NCBI GenBank assembly: GCA_045226255.1
Contig: JBGVCG010000035.1
Location: 32,327-96,326 of the forward strand
Direction: 5' to 3'
Length of the DNA stretch: 64,000 nucleotides
Origin: Paludibacteraceae bacterium
GTDB lineage: Bacteria > Bacteroidota > Bacteroidia > Bacteroidales > Paludibacteraceae
This document shows, in pieces, positions 21,601 to 28,368 of the stretch. The translations under genes and the position numbers were made by a program. How positions within the stretch are numbered: the first letter of the stretch is position 1; each line of letters starts with the position of its first letter. The notes beneath the pieces were generated by a model. That model saw nothing but the letters and a program-made list of their open reading frames with translations, had not been told where the DNA came from and did no database searches.

Positions 21601-22084
21601 TATGTTGAATAAAGATTTCTCCTATAACATAGACAGTTACTCGGACGGAGAAATCACATACCAATTCACGAAATTGGATCCAGGGCACTACAATGCGACA
21701 TTGAAAGTTTGGGATCTCCTAAACAACTCATCACAGAAAAGCATTGAATTCATAGTCGATAAAGAGGCTACAATCCGCACCAATGAGGTCACAATAGAGC
21801 CATCCATCGCCCAAGAGAGCGCCTTATTCACCATAAATCACGACTCACCACTCACCATACAGAGCTACAGGTTCGTCATTTACAACAAATTAGGAATTAT
21901 TGTAAAGGAGACACCTACAGTTCAGGAAAGGATAGACCAAAACCACACATGGGAATGGGATCTGAAAGACAACAACGGGCAAAGAGTTCTCAGCGGTGTA
22001 TATTTGGTCAGAGTTGAATACGAGACAGAGGATGGCGAATACCACGGCCTTACGCAAAAAATGATCGTTAGCGCAAGAAAATAG
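18674..22084 (+). CDS. porU: type IX secretion system sortase PorU (peptidase C25 family)
   Basis: 1136-aa ORF. The N-terminus (SGTWVKIRVQETGVCKMTYEQIKDMGF...YGYGG) closely resembles P. gingivalis PorU. It also has a C25-type His (YIGHSGE) and Cys (FTASCRF) pair. Confidence 0.9.
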   Translation: MKSSKFFLRTIIASVLSLISWGNLQSMDFAKHSVLASGTWVKIRVQETGVCKMTYEQIKDMGFSNPKEVHVYGYGGAMLSENFGTPKTDDLKETPIYDSGSAIYFYAQGPRKWNYRGMEAKHPFDISSNIYSNYGYYFLTSNKDKRELIKEATTVESDDNEIEITNYLEHIVHKKEEHNLVESGKGWFGDKTPMNTVFSLDFNVPDIDVNELASLYLNVAARSDRDSKIFIFFNGEQFELEVPLSAREVSAMPAEKTIVWLPTQENNKLSLNYSSNNGTDHMWVEQIVLCAFRNLKLANGITYFRNPNTEEANTYKYIISGVQPNTIVWDITNPTEVTQIPTENDGNKLSFRRTPSQMEEFVAFNPTSTQFVKAENAGKVANQDLHSIKDIDFIIISHEAFLSEANRLAKIHQKYDNVSTVIVTPEEIYNEFSSGTPDASAIRWFLKMFYDRGEYNKQVLLFGDGCFDNRALLRDNSTTVNNFIVTYQGGNKFIEAKSYVSDDYFCFLNDKNNGIRIGQMKMDYGIGRFPVATLEQATHMVDKVEKYLTVNKYGKWRDKVILIADDNEEGEDASRYNKFFSYSDNIGKMLHDSAPALEIQKVYFDSYTRVSGSNGNRYPEVEEVISKSIQDGVLLLNYIGHSGELAWSEERVFTQNQAATIFNEKQGFWFTASCRFNVFDQLKTSAGEDLILNPNGGALTLFCAARTVYDAQNDNLNRMYINHVTDKDENKLPLRIGDICKLAKNDVENDTNKMSYTLIGDPMLRICYPRDSIMTDSITLIKGSRTDTIRALSEIKVYGHIEDDQANRIDNFNGIIEITLYDKEERLSTKGNIFSTEAEKEKNKHKYTDRKNILFSGKAEVKNGEFSFVFKVPKDINYNYGTGRLHYYAVDESLDRDATGYTESFIIGGSNTNDTHDDCGPDVLLYMNHKAFLSGDKVNDTPVLYAEISDPNGINSSGSGIGHDITLTINGNSNPIMLNKDFSYNIDSYSDGEITYQFTKLDPGHYNATLKVWDLLNNSSQKSIEFIVDKEATIRTNEVTIEPSIAQESALFTINHDSPLTIQSYRFVIYNKLGIIVKETPTVQERIDQNHTWEWDLKDNNGQRVLSGVYLVRVEYETEDGEYHGLTQKMIVSARK

Positions 22085-22170
22085 GCATTATAACAACTCA
22101 TAAAAAAAGATTATAACATTTTTTCACAAAAAAATTATACATTCGCGATAACAATGTTATTGAACATATT

Positions 22171-22881
22171 TTGAACGAAATGATAAAAAAGGGAGAACAA
22201 GAGAATCCAAGCATAGAAGAAGTTTCGACAGTATGGAACGTGCTGACAGAAGAGCAACTGACTTATCTGAAAGCAAACTATATCGTACGTAAATATAAGA
22301 AAAACGAAATCATTTACTGTGAGGGTGAGACACCGACGCACGTTCTATGCGTCGCAAAAGGAAAGTTGAAGATTTACAGGATTGGCACTGGTGGCAGGAG
22401 TCAAATCGTCAGGATGGTGAAACCTGGAGAAATGCTCGCTTACAGAGCAATGTTCGCACAAGAAAATTTTGTCACGAACGCATGCGCTTTCGAGCCCTCC
22501 GTCATCTACATGATCCCTCAGACAGTCATTCACAACTTAATCGTTCAAAACAGCGAGTTGGCTTGGTACTTCATCCAAAAGCTATCCACCGACTTAGGTA
22601 TTGCGGACAAGAGAGCCGTCACACTCACACAAAAGCACGTAAGAGGCAGACTCGCGGAATCACTCCTATTCCTACGGGACAACTACGGATACGAGGAAGA
22701 CAACGCAACCATCAATGTACGCTTGTCAAGGGAGGATTTGGCCAGTCTATCCAACATGACCACTTCCAACGCAATACGAACCCTTTCCGGGCTAGCACAC
22801 GAGAACATCATTGAACTAGACGGAAGGAAAATTAAAATATTGGACGAAAAATATCTAGTCACTTTAAGCAAAATCGGATAA
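22171..22881 (+). CDS. Crp/Fnr family transcriptional regulator
   Basis: 236-aa ORF with a cNMP-binding beta-roll followed by a C-terminal HTH (REDLASLSNMTTSNAIRTLS). Confidence 0.88.
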   Translation: MNEMIKKGEQENPSIEEVSTVWNVLTEEQLTYLKANYIVRKYKKNEIIYCEGETPTHVLCVAKGKLKIYRIGTGGRSQIVRMVKPGEMLAYRAMFAQENFVTNACAFEPSVIYMIPQTVIHNLIVQNSELAWYFIQKLSTDLGIADKRAVTLTQKHVRGRLAESLLFLRDNYGYEEDNATINVRLSREDLASLSNMTTSNAIRTLSGLAHENIIELDGRKIKILDEKYLVTLSKIG

Positions 22882-22883
22882 AC

Positions 22884-23726
22884 ATGACAATAGGAATTAT
22901 CGGGCTAGGACTCATTGGAGGATCAATGGCCATAGACTTGCGCAGAACAAAATACGCAGACCATTTCATCGGATACGACCAAGCGGACTTGAATGCCCTA
23001 ACCGCACAAAGAATAGGACTTGTGGACGAAATACTGCCTTACGAGGAACTCGTCAAAAAAAGCGATTTGATCCTGTTATCAGTGCCTGTAAGCGCAGCGA
23101 CCAAGCTTCTATCCGATATATTGGACAAAATAAACGACGACCAGGTGGTAGTCGACACTTGCTCCACCAAGGAGAAGTTGAACGATTCCGTACACTATCA
23201 TCCTAGAAGGAAAAACTATGTAGCCTCCCACCCTATGGCTGGAACTGAGTTCTGCGGTCCATGGGCAGCGGTGCCAAACCTATTTGCGGGAAGGGCTGGA
23301 ATCATCTGCAATGCAGAGGACTCAGACCCTAAAGCAATCGAATTAGTCAGGAAGATGTACGACTGTTTGAACATGCGCATCATATACATGAGGGCAGCCC
23401 ATCATGACGTACACACAGCATACGTATCACACATCTCCCACATCATCTCCTTTGCCCTCGCATTGACAGTATTGGACAAGGAAAAGAACGAGAAGAACAT
23501 TTTCGACTTAGCATCAGGAGGATTCGCATCAACCGCCAGATTGGCGAAAAGTAATGCGGACATGTGGGTTCCGATTTTCATGCAAAACAAAGAAAACGTA
23601 TTATCCGTATTAGACTCTTACATGGATAAACTAGGAGAGTTCAAAGAGGCGCTGAACAACAACGAAGAAGACAAGCTAAGAAAACTGATTGACGACGCCA
23701 ACAGGATAAAAAGGATTCTACGATAA
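22884..23726 (+). CDS. tyrA: prephenate dehydrogenase
   Basis: 280-aa ORF with a Rossmann GIIGLGLIGGS motif and the HPMAGTE motif. Confidence 0.9.
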   Translation: MTIGIIGLGLIGGSMAIDLRRTKYADHFIGYDQADLNALTAQRIGLVDEILPYEELVKKSDLILLSVPVSAATKLLSDILDKINDDQVVVDTCSTKEKLNDSVHYHPRRKNYVASHPMAGTEFCGPWAAVPNLFAGRAGIICNAEDSDPKAIELVRKMYDCLNMRIIYMRAAHHDVHTAYVSHISHIISFALALTVLDKEKNEKNIFDLASGGFASTARLAKSNADMWVPIFMQNKENVLSVLDSYMDKLGEFKEALNNNEEDKLRKLIDDANRIKRILR

Positions 23727-23790
23727 AGACAAACACATAGACCATTCAACGAGCGTTTGTGCAGATGCACAAACGCTTTTTTCATGACTT
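23687..23790 (+). repeat. direct repeat A (functional tyrA 3' end plus terminator)
   Basis: Aligns with 24615-24716. There are 7 mismatches over the first 67 nt by hand alignment, and the terminator part is more diverged. Confidence 0.85.
23752..23783 (+). terminator. rho-independent terminator after tyrA
   Basis: Stem agcgtttgtgc/gcacaaacgct followed by T6. Confidence 0.8.
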
Positions 23791-23793
23791 CAT

Positions 23794-23880
23794 CAATGCA
23801 CCACCCAAAGTCATCCAAGCCTTTGCAATTTATTGATTTTCAATATTCTATATGTAATAACATTAAAAATGATGAAGTCT
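23794..23880 (+). repeat. direct repeat B
   Basis: caatgcaccacccaaag...ttattgattttcaat...atgatgaagtc aligns with 24521-24610 at an estimated 65-70 percent identity. Confidence 0.7.
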
Positions 23881-23916
23881 AGAGAAAAATGTTGCCGTAT
23901 TATTACATGATATTTT

Positions 23917-23924
23917 TATATTTG
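23917..23924 (+). promoter_or_regulatory. Bacteroidota -7 box (TAnnTTTG) for the 133-aa ORF
   Basis: TATATTTG lies 31 nt upstream of the ATG at 23955. Confidence 0.4.
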
Positions 23925-23954
23925 TGAAGTTGTATATTATAAAAGATTTAACCT

Positions 23955-24356
23955 ATGAAGACAATAAATGAAATGACAGACGATGAGCTCGTCAAATATT
24001 ACATCTCAAGAAGGTTGGATGGTATACCAACTAGGGAGTTGATAAAAGGAATGAATGCGAACAAACTTCCTGACGAGCGACTACGCAAGGTTGTGGACGA
24101 GTTGATAAAGATAGATAGGGCGAGTCGTAAGGAAGAAGAAGCAGAAGAGAAAAAAGCCCATCGAATAACAGGTCTAATAAAAATGGCAGGTGGAGTTTTG
24201 CTTTTTATCTTCGGATATATCCTTTATAATTTGACAATAGGGGCAGGCATAATATTTGTGTTTAACATTGTTGTTTGGGCGATAGCCGTCTTCTTATTTT
24301 TGGTTGGAATTGCGCAACTGATAAGAGGATTAAATCTTGGAAAGTCAAAAGATTAA
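23955..24356 (+). CDS. hypothetical membrane protein (soluble charged N-terminal half, two C-terminal TM helices)
   Basis: 133-aa ORF with its own promoter-like box and a strong terminator. I recognise no family. The region looks more AT-rich than its flanks by eye. Confidence 0.6.
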   Translation: MKTINEMTDDELVKYYISRRLDGIPTRELIKGMNANKLPDERLRKVVDELIKIDRASRKEEEAEEKKAHRITGLIKMAGGVLLFIFGYILYNLTIGAGIIFVFNIVVWAIAVFLFLVGIAQLIRGLNLGKSKD

Positions 24357-24389
24357 TTTGCCGATAAAATTAAAGATGATATTTTCATA

Positions 24390-24426
24390 GGAAAAGGAAT
24401 AGACAAAAAAGGCCTATTCCTTTTCC
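24390..24426 (+). terminator. rho-independent terminator after the 133-aa ORF
   Basis: 13-bp perfect stem ggaaaaggaatag/ctattccttttcc followed by attt. Confidence 0.7.
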
Positions 24427-24520
24427 ATTTCATATCTGACTGTTTGTTATGTGATGTGTTAATTCGCCCTAGACGTCTAAAGCTTTTGGATCTGGGCCAT
24501 AGTGATCCTCCTAACGTCGT

Positions 24521-24610
24521 CAATGTGCCCCCCAAAACACACAATCACCTTAATAACCTATTGATTTTCAATTCACTTTATACAATAACACAGGAAAGTG
24601 ATGAAGTCAA
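24521..24610 (+). repeat. direct repeat B'
   Basis: Diverged copy of 23794-23880, here placed immediately upstream of A' instead of downstream of A. Confidence 0.7.
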
Positions 24611-24614
24611 GACA

Positions 24615-24716
24615 GATTGACGGCGGCAATAGGATAAGAAGGATTCTACGACAAAGACAAACACATAGATCATTCGACGAGTTTTTTGCACGGATGCGCA
24701 AGCGTTATTTCGTCAT
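24615..24716 (+). repeat. direct repeat A' (decayed copy of the tyrA 3' end)
   Basis: Encodes QIDGGNRIRRILRQ, compared with LIDDANRIKRILR-stop in tyrA. The stop TAA is CAA here, and the terminator hairpin is degraded. Confidence 0.85.
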
Positions 24717-24864
24717 ATAAGGCACGAAAACGGCCCGACGAACAAGAACCAAGGAGGCAATCCGTTAGGCCAACAGAGGGCAGAGGAAGGCCATTCTCGA
24801 ACAAGTCTTAAAGCCACGAAGCACAGACAATTCAGTCAAGAACGGTATCAGGAAGAAACAGGGT

Positions 24865-24914
24865 AAAAAAAACGATGTTTTCTAAAATGCCCAAGGCACT
24901 AAAGAAAACATCGT
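24865..24914 (-). terminator. rho-independent terminator of the exbB-exbD operon
   Basis: 12-bp stem acgatgttttct/agaaaacatcgt. On the minus strand it is followed by a T run (plus-strand A run 24865-24871). Confidence 0.65.
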
Positions 24915-24949
24915 ATTTCTAGGAATAAAGACCGATAGGTCTATGAACA

Positions 24950-25426
24950 TTAATAAGCGTTCGCCCTTTCGTTAGCTGTATAGTAAATCTTACGGGCATA
25001 AGCCTTACGCAACTCCTGCTTAACATCGGTCACGACACCCATCTTAGTATCCTTATCCACCTTCAGGGAAACGATCATCAAAGGTTGATCGTTCTCAGGC
25101 ATTGCATCACGTTTCACGGCAATATAAGATCCCACATCAGCAGGTCTCTTAGCGAAAGCGTCATCCAATTGGACACGAGCTTCCGTACCATTTTGTTTCT
25201 GCAATTCCCTTTTAGGAACGCCGATATAGATGTACTTAGCCAAAGACTTCTTTTCCAACTTAGTTAATTCAGTCGCCTCAGGCAACTTCATATCAACCAT
25301 CATTGTATTCTCCTTCATCGTTGTTGTGGTCATAAAGAAGAACAACAACATGAAGATAATATCAGGCAAGGAAGCCGTACTAATAGCAGGCAATCTCTTA
25401 CCACCTTCTTTACGAAACTTTGCCAT
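24950..25426 (-). CDS. exbD: ExbD/TolR family biopolymer transport protein
   Basis: 158-aa ORF with a single N-terminal TM (LPDIIFMLLFFFM) followed by a periplasmic domain. Confidence 0.88.
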   Translation of the reverse strand: MAKFRKEGGKRLPAISTASLPDIIFMLLFFFMTTTTMKENTMMVDMKLPEATELTKLEKKSLAKYIYIGVPKRELQKQNGTEARVQLDDAFAKRPADVGSYIAVKRDAMPENDQPLMIVSLKVDKDTKMGVVTDVKQELRKAYARKIYYTANERANAY

Positions 25427-26034
25427 TATTGAGCCCCTCCCGCAGCTTGTCCATAATCCTTCGGCTCAGCCTCAGAGATCTTAAGTGGATAATAAGTTTT
25501 CACAGCCTCCTGTTCCTCCTCCGTCAATTCGGTGTATTTACGGCCATCGAACTTCCTTGTGGAAATCTCATCACGGAGTTCATTATAAGCAGCGACCAAC
25601 TCGTTTTGGACAGAGATATACGCCTGATAAGAGGTACCACGGTCATTCTGCAATGAAATCACATGCTTAGAAGTAATCTTTGACGGGCCAAAGAAAGGAA
25701 TATCCACGGTCTCCTTTTCAGGAAGATCCGATTTATTGGCAGGATTTGCAATAAACTCCTTCGCTTTTTCCTTCAACCTAGTAACATCCATCACCTCACC
25801 ATTCACCATCAACTTGTCGTTACTGTTAACAAGTACCATCATGATATTTCTCTTGTTAACCTCAACTTCCTCCTTTTTCTCCTTCTTTTCTACCGGAGGG
25901 GGCAATGTTCTGAACAGACCTTTATCTGTCGCCATGGATGTAGTCACAAGGAAAAAGATCAGCAACAAGAAGGATATATCAGCCATTGAGCTTGCATTAA
26001 TCTCTTGTATTTCTCTTTTTTTCATGACAAGCAA
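25426..26034 (-). CDS. exbD: ExbD/TolR family biopolymer transport protein
   Basis: 202-aa ORF containing MADISFLLLIFFLVT. Its end overlaps the next start by 1 nt. Confidence 0.88.
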   Translation of the reverse strand: MLVMKKREIQEINASSMADISFLLLIFFLVTTSMATDKGLFRTLPPPVEKKEKKEEVEVNKRNIMMVLVNSNDKLMVNGEVMDVTRLKEKAKEFIANPANKSDLPEKETVDIPFFGPSKITSKHVISLQNDRGTSYQAYISVQNELVAAYNELRDEISTRKFDGRKYTELTEEEQEAVKTYYPLKISEAEPKDYGQAAGGAQ

Positions 26035-26037
26035 AAA

Positions 26038-26499
26038 TTATAGTTTCTTAAACAACGAACTACAAATGGTTGCGAGGAATGCAATAGCAGCCAATATGAA
26101 AGAACTTACCATACACATATTCGTGATACGGTATACCCAAGGTTCTTGAGAGCCATCATATCCAGTGATATTAATCACCTTCGTATCTGCGGCGAAATAT
26201 GTCACAAGGAGCAACACACCCAACGCACCGACGAAAATCAAAGGAACCATCACAGACTTAGGGTCAGTCATCAACTTAGACGAGAATGACTTCATTGCGA
26301 AAGCAAGTGTCACAAAAGATGCCAAAATGATGAAAGCGAACGCTAAGCCAAGGAACATTGGGACAAAAGATGGTGCTTCAATTGAGATTCCATTGCAGAC
26401 GTACGTTTCAGTACTACCGCAGAAGAAAATCAATGTGAAGATTATCGTGAGCGCCACCAATGCCCAAAGTATATACTTAGGGAAATTTAATGTTTGCAT
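26038..26499 (-). CDS. hypothetical 4-TM membrane protein inside the exb operon
   Basis: 153-aa hydrophobic ORF packed between exbB and exbD (gaps of 43 and 3 nt). Confidence 0.6.
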   Translation of the reverse strand: MQTLNFPKYILWALVALTIIFTLIFFCGSTETYVCNGISIEAPSFVPMFLGLAFAFIILASFVTLAFAMKSFSSKLMTDPKSVMVPLIFVGALGVLLLVTYFAADTKVINITGYDGSQEPWVYRITNMCMVSSFILAAIAFLATICSSLFKKL

Positions 26500-26542
26500 T
26501 TCGATATCGTTTTATTAGATTCAAAAATGGTTCACCAAAAGA

Positions 26543-27466
26543 TTATTCTACGACAGACACTGAATCTGAAGAAGATTGGGTATAACCTTGGTTAGAGGCA
26601 CTTGCAGAAGAAGTTGGGAAGTACTCAACAACCATGTCGAGCAACTTGATAGAAGCATCTTCCATCTCAGTAGTCAAAGCCTCGATACGAGTCAAAATGA
26701 AGTTCAAGAACAATTGAAGAATCATGGCTACGATCAAACCGAACACCGTGGTCAACAAAGCCACCTTGATACCACCAGCCACAACCGTTGCGGAGATATC
26801 ACCTACTTGTTGGATTTTATCGAACGCCTCGATCATACCGATAACCGTACCCATGAATCCCAACATTGGGGCGAGGGCGATACAAAGGGAAATCCAAGTG
26901 ATGTTCTTCTCAAGACCACCCATTTGAACGCTACCGTAAGAAACGACAGTCTTCTCAACAACATCTGGACCCTCGCTGATACGAGACAAACCTTGGTTGA
27001 AAATAGAAGCGATAGGGCCTCTCGTGTTTTTTGAATATTCCAACGCGCCCTCAACATTCTTACTAGCCAAGAACTCCTCAATCTTCTCGAGGAATTTCTT
27101 CGTGTTGATAGAAGAAAGGCTCAAAGTGATGATACGCTCGATGCACAATGCCAAACCGAGGATCAAGCACAAAGCAACGATTGCCATGAATCCGGCACCA
27201 CCCTCGATAAACTTAATCTTCAATGCATTGAAAAGACCCTTGCTCTCTTCCTTAGTAGCTTCTGGAGCCGGAGCTGCTTCTGCCTTAGTTTCTACAGCGG
27301 CAGGCTCTTGCACAGCCTCTGCCTGTGGTTCTTGAGTTTCCTCAGTAGACTCCTGATTGAATGACTGCTCCGTTTGTTCATCAAACGAATCTTGAGCGAA
27401 AGAAGCAGTAGCGAAGCCAAGAGACAGAACTCCAGCTAATGCTAATGATGCAAAAATTTTTTTCAT
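26543..27466 (-). CDS. exbB: MotA/TolQ/ExbB proton-channel family protein
   Basis: 307-aa ORF with a signal peptide, an acidic low-complexity linker and an ExbB core (LAPMLGFMGTVIGMI). Confidence 0.9.
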   Translation of the reverse strand: MKKIFASLALAGVLSLGFATASFAQDSFDEQTEQSFNQESTEETQEPQAEAVQEPAAVETKAEAAPAPEATKEESKGLFNALKIKFIEGGAGFMAIVALCLILGLALCIERIITLSLSSINTKKFLEKIEEFLASKNVEGALEYSKNTRGPIASIFNQGLSRISEGPDVVEKTVVSYGSVQMGGLEKNITWISLCIALAPMLGFMGTVIGMIEAFDKIQQVGDISATVVAGGIKVALLTTVFGLIVAMILQLFLNFILTRIEALTTEMEDASIKLLDMVVEYFPTSSASASNQGYTQSSSDSVSVVE

Positions 27467-27506
27467 TTTTTTGTTGATTAATTATTAATATTACTTCATT
27501 AATTCG

Positions 27507-27594
27507 CGGAGAGAGGGGGATTCGAACCCCCGATACGCTTTTGACGCATACACGCTTTCCAGGCGTGCCTCTTCAGCCACTCGAGCATCTCTCC
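27507..27594 (-). tRNA. tRNA-Ser (anticodon GGA)
   Basis: 88-nt class II tRNA: acceptor GGAGAGA/TCTCTCC, anticodon arm CACGC-CTGGAAA-GCGTG, a long variable arm and T arm GGGGG-TTCGAAT-CCCCC. Confidence 0.92.
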
Positions 27595-27675
27595 TGACTC
27601 ATTTACAAATCGAGCGCAAATTACAAAAAAAATAGTTATAAAACACCGAATGTTGAAAATAATTTTATTCGGCTG

Positions 27676-28212
27676 TTACATAAACATTTGGCACCATTTA
27701 TCGAACCTCTGGAGGGTTTCTTCCCCATATTTTTCGAGCTTCATCCGAGCTTTTTTTACGCTTCTTTCCTCTCCAAGATGTGTTTTCGAGTAAAATTTAT
27801 CCGCAAAACAAATGATCTGCTCCTCGATGGAGACGGGCAACATATCACGATGCGGAACGGGCAATTCGGCGGAAAGAATGTACGGAAGCGACAACCCCGT
27901 TCCCGTGTGGCGCTCGCACACCAACGCATGCCGATCGAACCCTTCGCTCTTCATCATATCACTTCCCAAGAAACCATGACAGATATATGGGTAATCCCCC
28001 TCGCAATACAAATCCGGGGCACAAGTCTTAATGATACCGATGTCATGCAACATCGCCGCCTCCTCAATGAACTGCATATCAGCATTCAGCTCGGGCTTAC
28101 GCTGTGCGATCCGCAACGCAAGGTCCGTAACGTCATACGAATGCTTCAAAAGGATATCCTTGCATTTCGGATTTTCTTTATAATATTTGTCAATTATCTC
28201 GATAGGATTCAT
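27676..28212 (-). CDS. HD domain phosphohydrolase
   Basis: The HDIG motif (AAMLHDIGI) is present. The start was moved to MNPIEII (28212) because the upstream 21 codons look non-coding. Confidence 0.8.
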   Translation of the reverse strand: MNPIEIIDKYYKENPKCKDILLKHSYDVTDLALRIAQRKPELNADMQFIEEAAMLHDIGIIKTCAPDLYCEGDYPYICHGFLGSDMMKSEGFDRHALVCERHTGTGLSLPYILSAELPVPHRDMLPVSIEEQIICFADKFYSKTHLGEERSVKKARMKLEKYGEETLQRFDKWCQMFM

Positions 28213-28301
28213 TGGATTCAAATTATTACACATACAATCTATGACAAAAATAATGAAAAAGCATCGATCACACAAATTCGCATGACGATAATCGACAAAC
28301 G

Positions 28302-28326
28302 AAAAAGGCGGAAGAAATCTTCCGCC
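28302..28326 (-). terminator. rho-independent terminator after tkt
   Basis: Stem ggcggaag/cttccgcc followed by a T run on the minus strand. Confidence 0.7.
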
Positions 28327-28368
28327 CTAATCAATTTTGTCATCGATGGAGAAGTGTACTCCCGTCGA

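Noticed and set aside
22085-22170. Small palindrome ataac-aat-gttat upstream of the Crp/Fnr gene, considered as an autoregulatory box
   Set aside because: The arms are only 5 bp. It does not resemble TGTGA-N6-TCACA or TTGAT-N4-ATCAA consensus sites, and it is likely chance in A/T-rich DNA.
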